From Octopus vulgaris (lineage: Eukaryota), in NCBI GenBank assembly GCA_951406725.2, contig OX597815.1, positions 18,104,001-18,168,000 of the forward strand: a DNA stretch of 64,000 nt. Reading direction: 5' to 3'. Of this stretch, positions 63,836-64,000 are shown in pieces. The first letter of the stretch is position 1. Every line of letters begins with the position of its first letter. Under the pieces are notes generated by a model that was not told the origin of the DNA, ran no database searches, and saw only the letters and a program-made list of their open reading frames with translations. The position numbers and the translations under genes are program-made.

Positions 63836-64000
63836 TAATAAAGTAATTAATTAGAATAAAACAGCAACTGCCGCAGAAAGCTTTGGAGTTAGAGTAGCGA
63901 TAACGATTTTCTATCATAGATGAACATCATGCTGTTATTTAGCTCAAGGCTACATTGATCGAGGAAACTGGTGATTAAAGGCGTTCCGGTCTAATTGTGA

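Overview
Eukaryotic, AT-rich, repeat-dense window with no confidently identifiable host protein-coding exon. The SINE families and the (TACA)n/(TA)n/(CA)n microsatellites suggest an octopus (coleoid cephalopod) intron or intergenic region; this is inferred from family resemblance, not from a search. Contents: three tRNA-derived SINE families (called A, B and C here); LINE remnants (RTE, CR1-like, L2/Jockey-like); a Penelope-like GIY-YIG remnant and several minimal hammerhead-ribozyme motifs; Merlin-like, Tigger/pogo-like, mariner and Helitron-like non-autonomous elements; and a decayed Charlie-type hAT transposon (about 56330-62970) carrying at least six nested insertions. The most notable candidate system has two parts. 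(i) A 2.2-kb ORF1-only retroelement (13025-15256, CCHC knuckle, about 200-bp 5' monomers, no ORF2) sits inside the tRNA head of a SINE. (ii) SINE-B shares that element's 3' tail and forms head-to-tail multimers joined at one fixed site (GAAATA|GGTATTTC) in its own head, sometimes in front of older SINE bodies. This suggests a SINE that inserts into its own kind. All coordinates were read by eye and may be off by a few bases.
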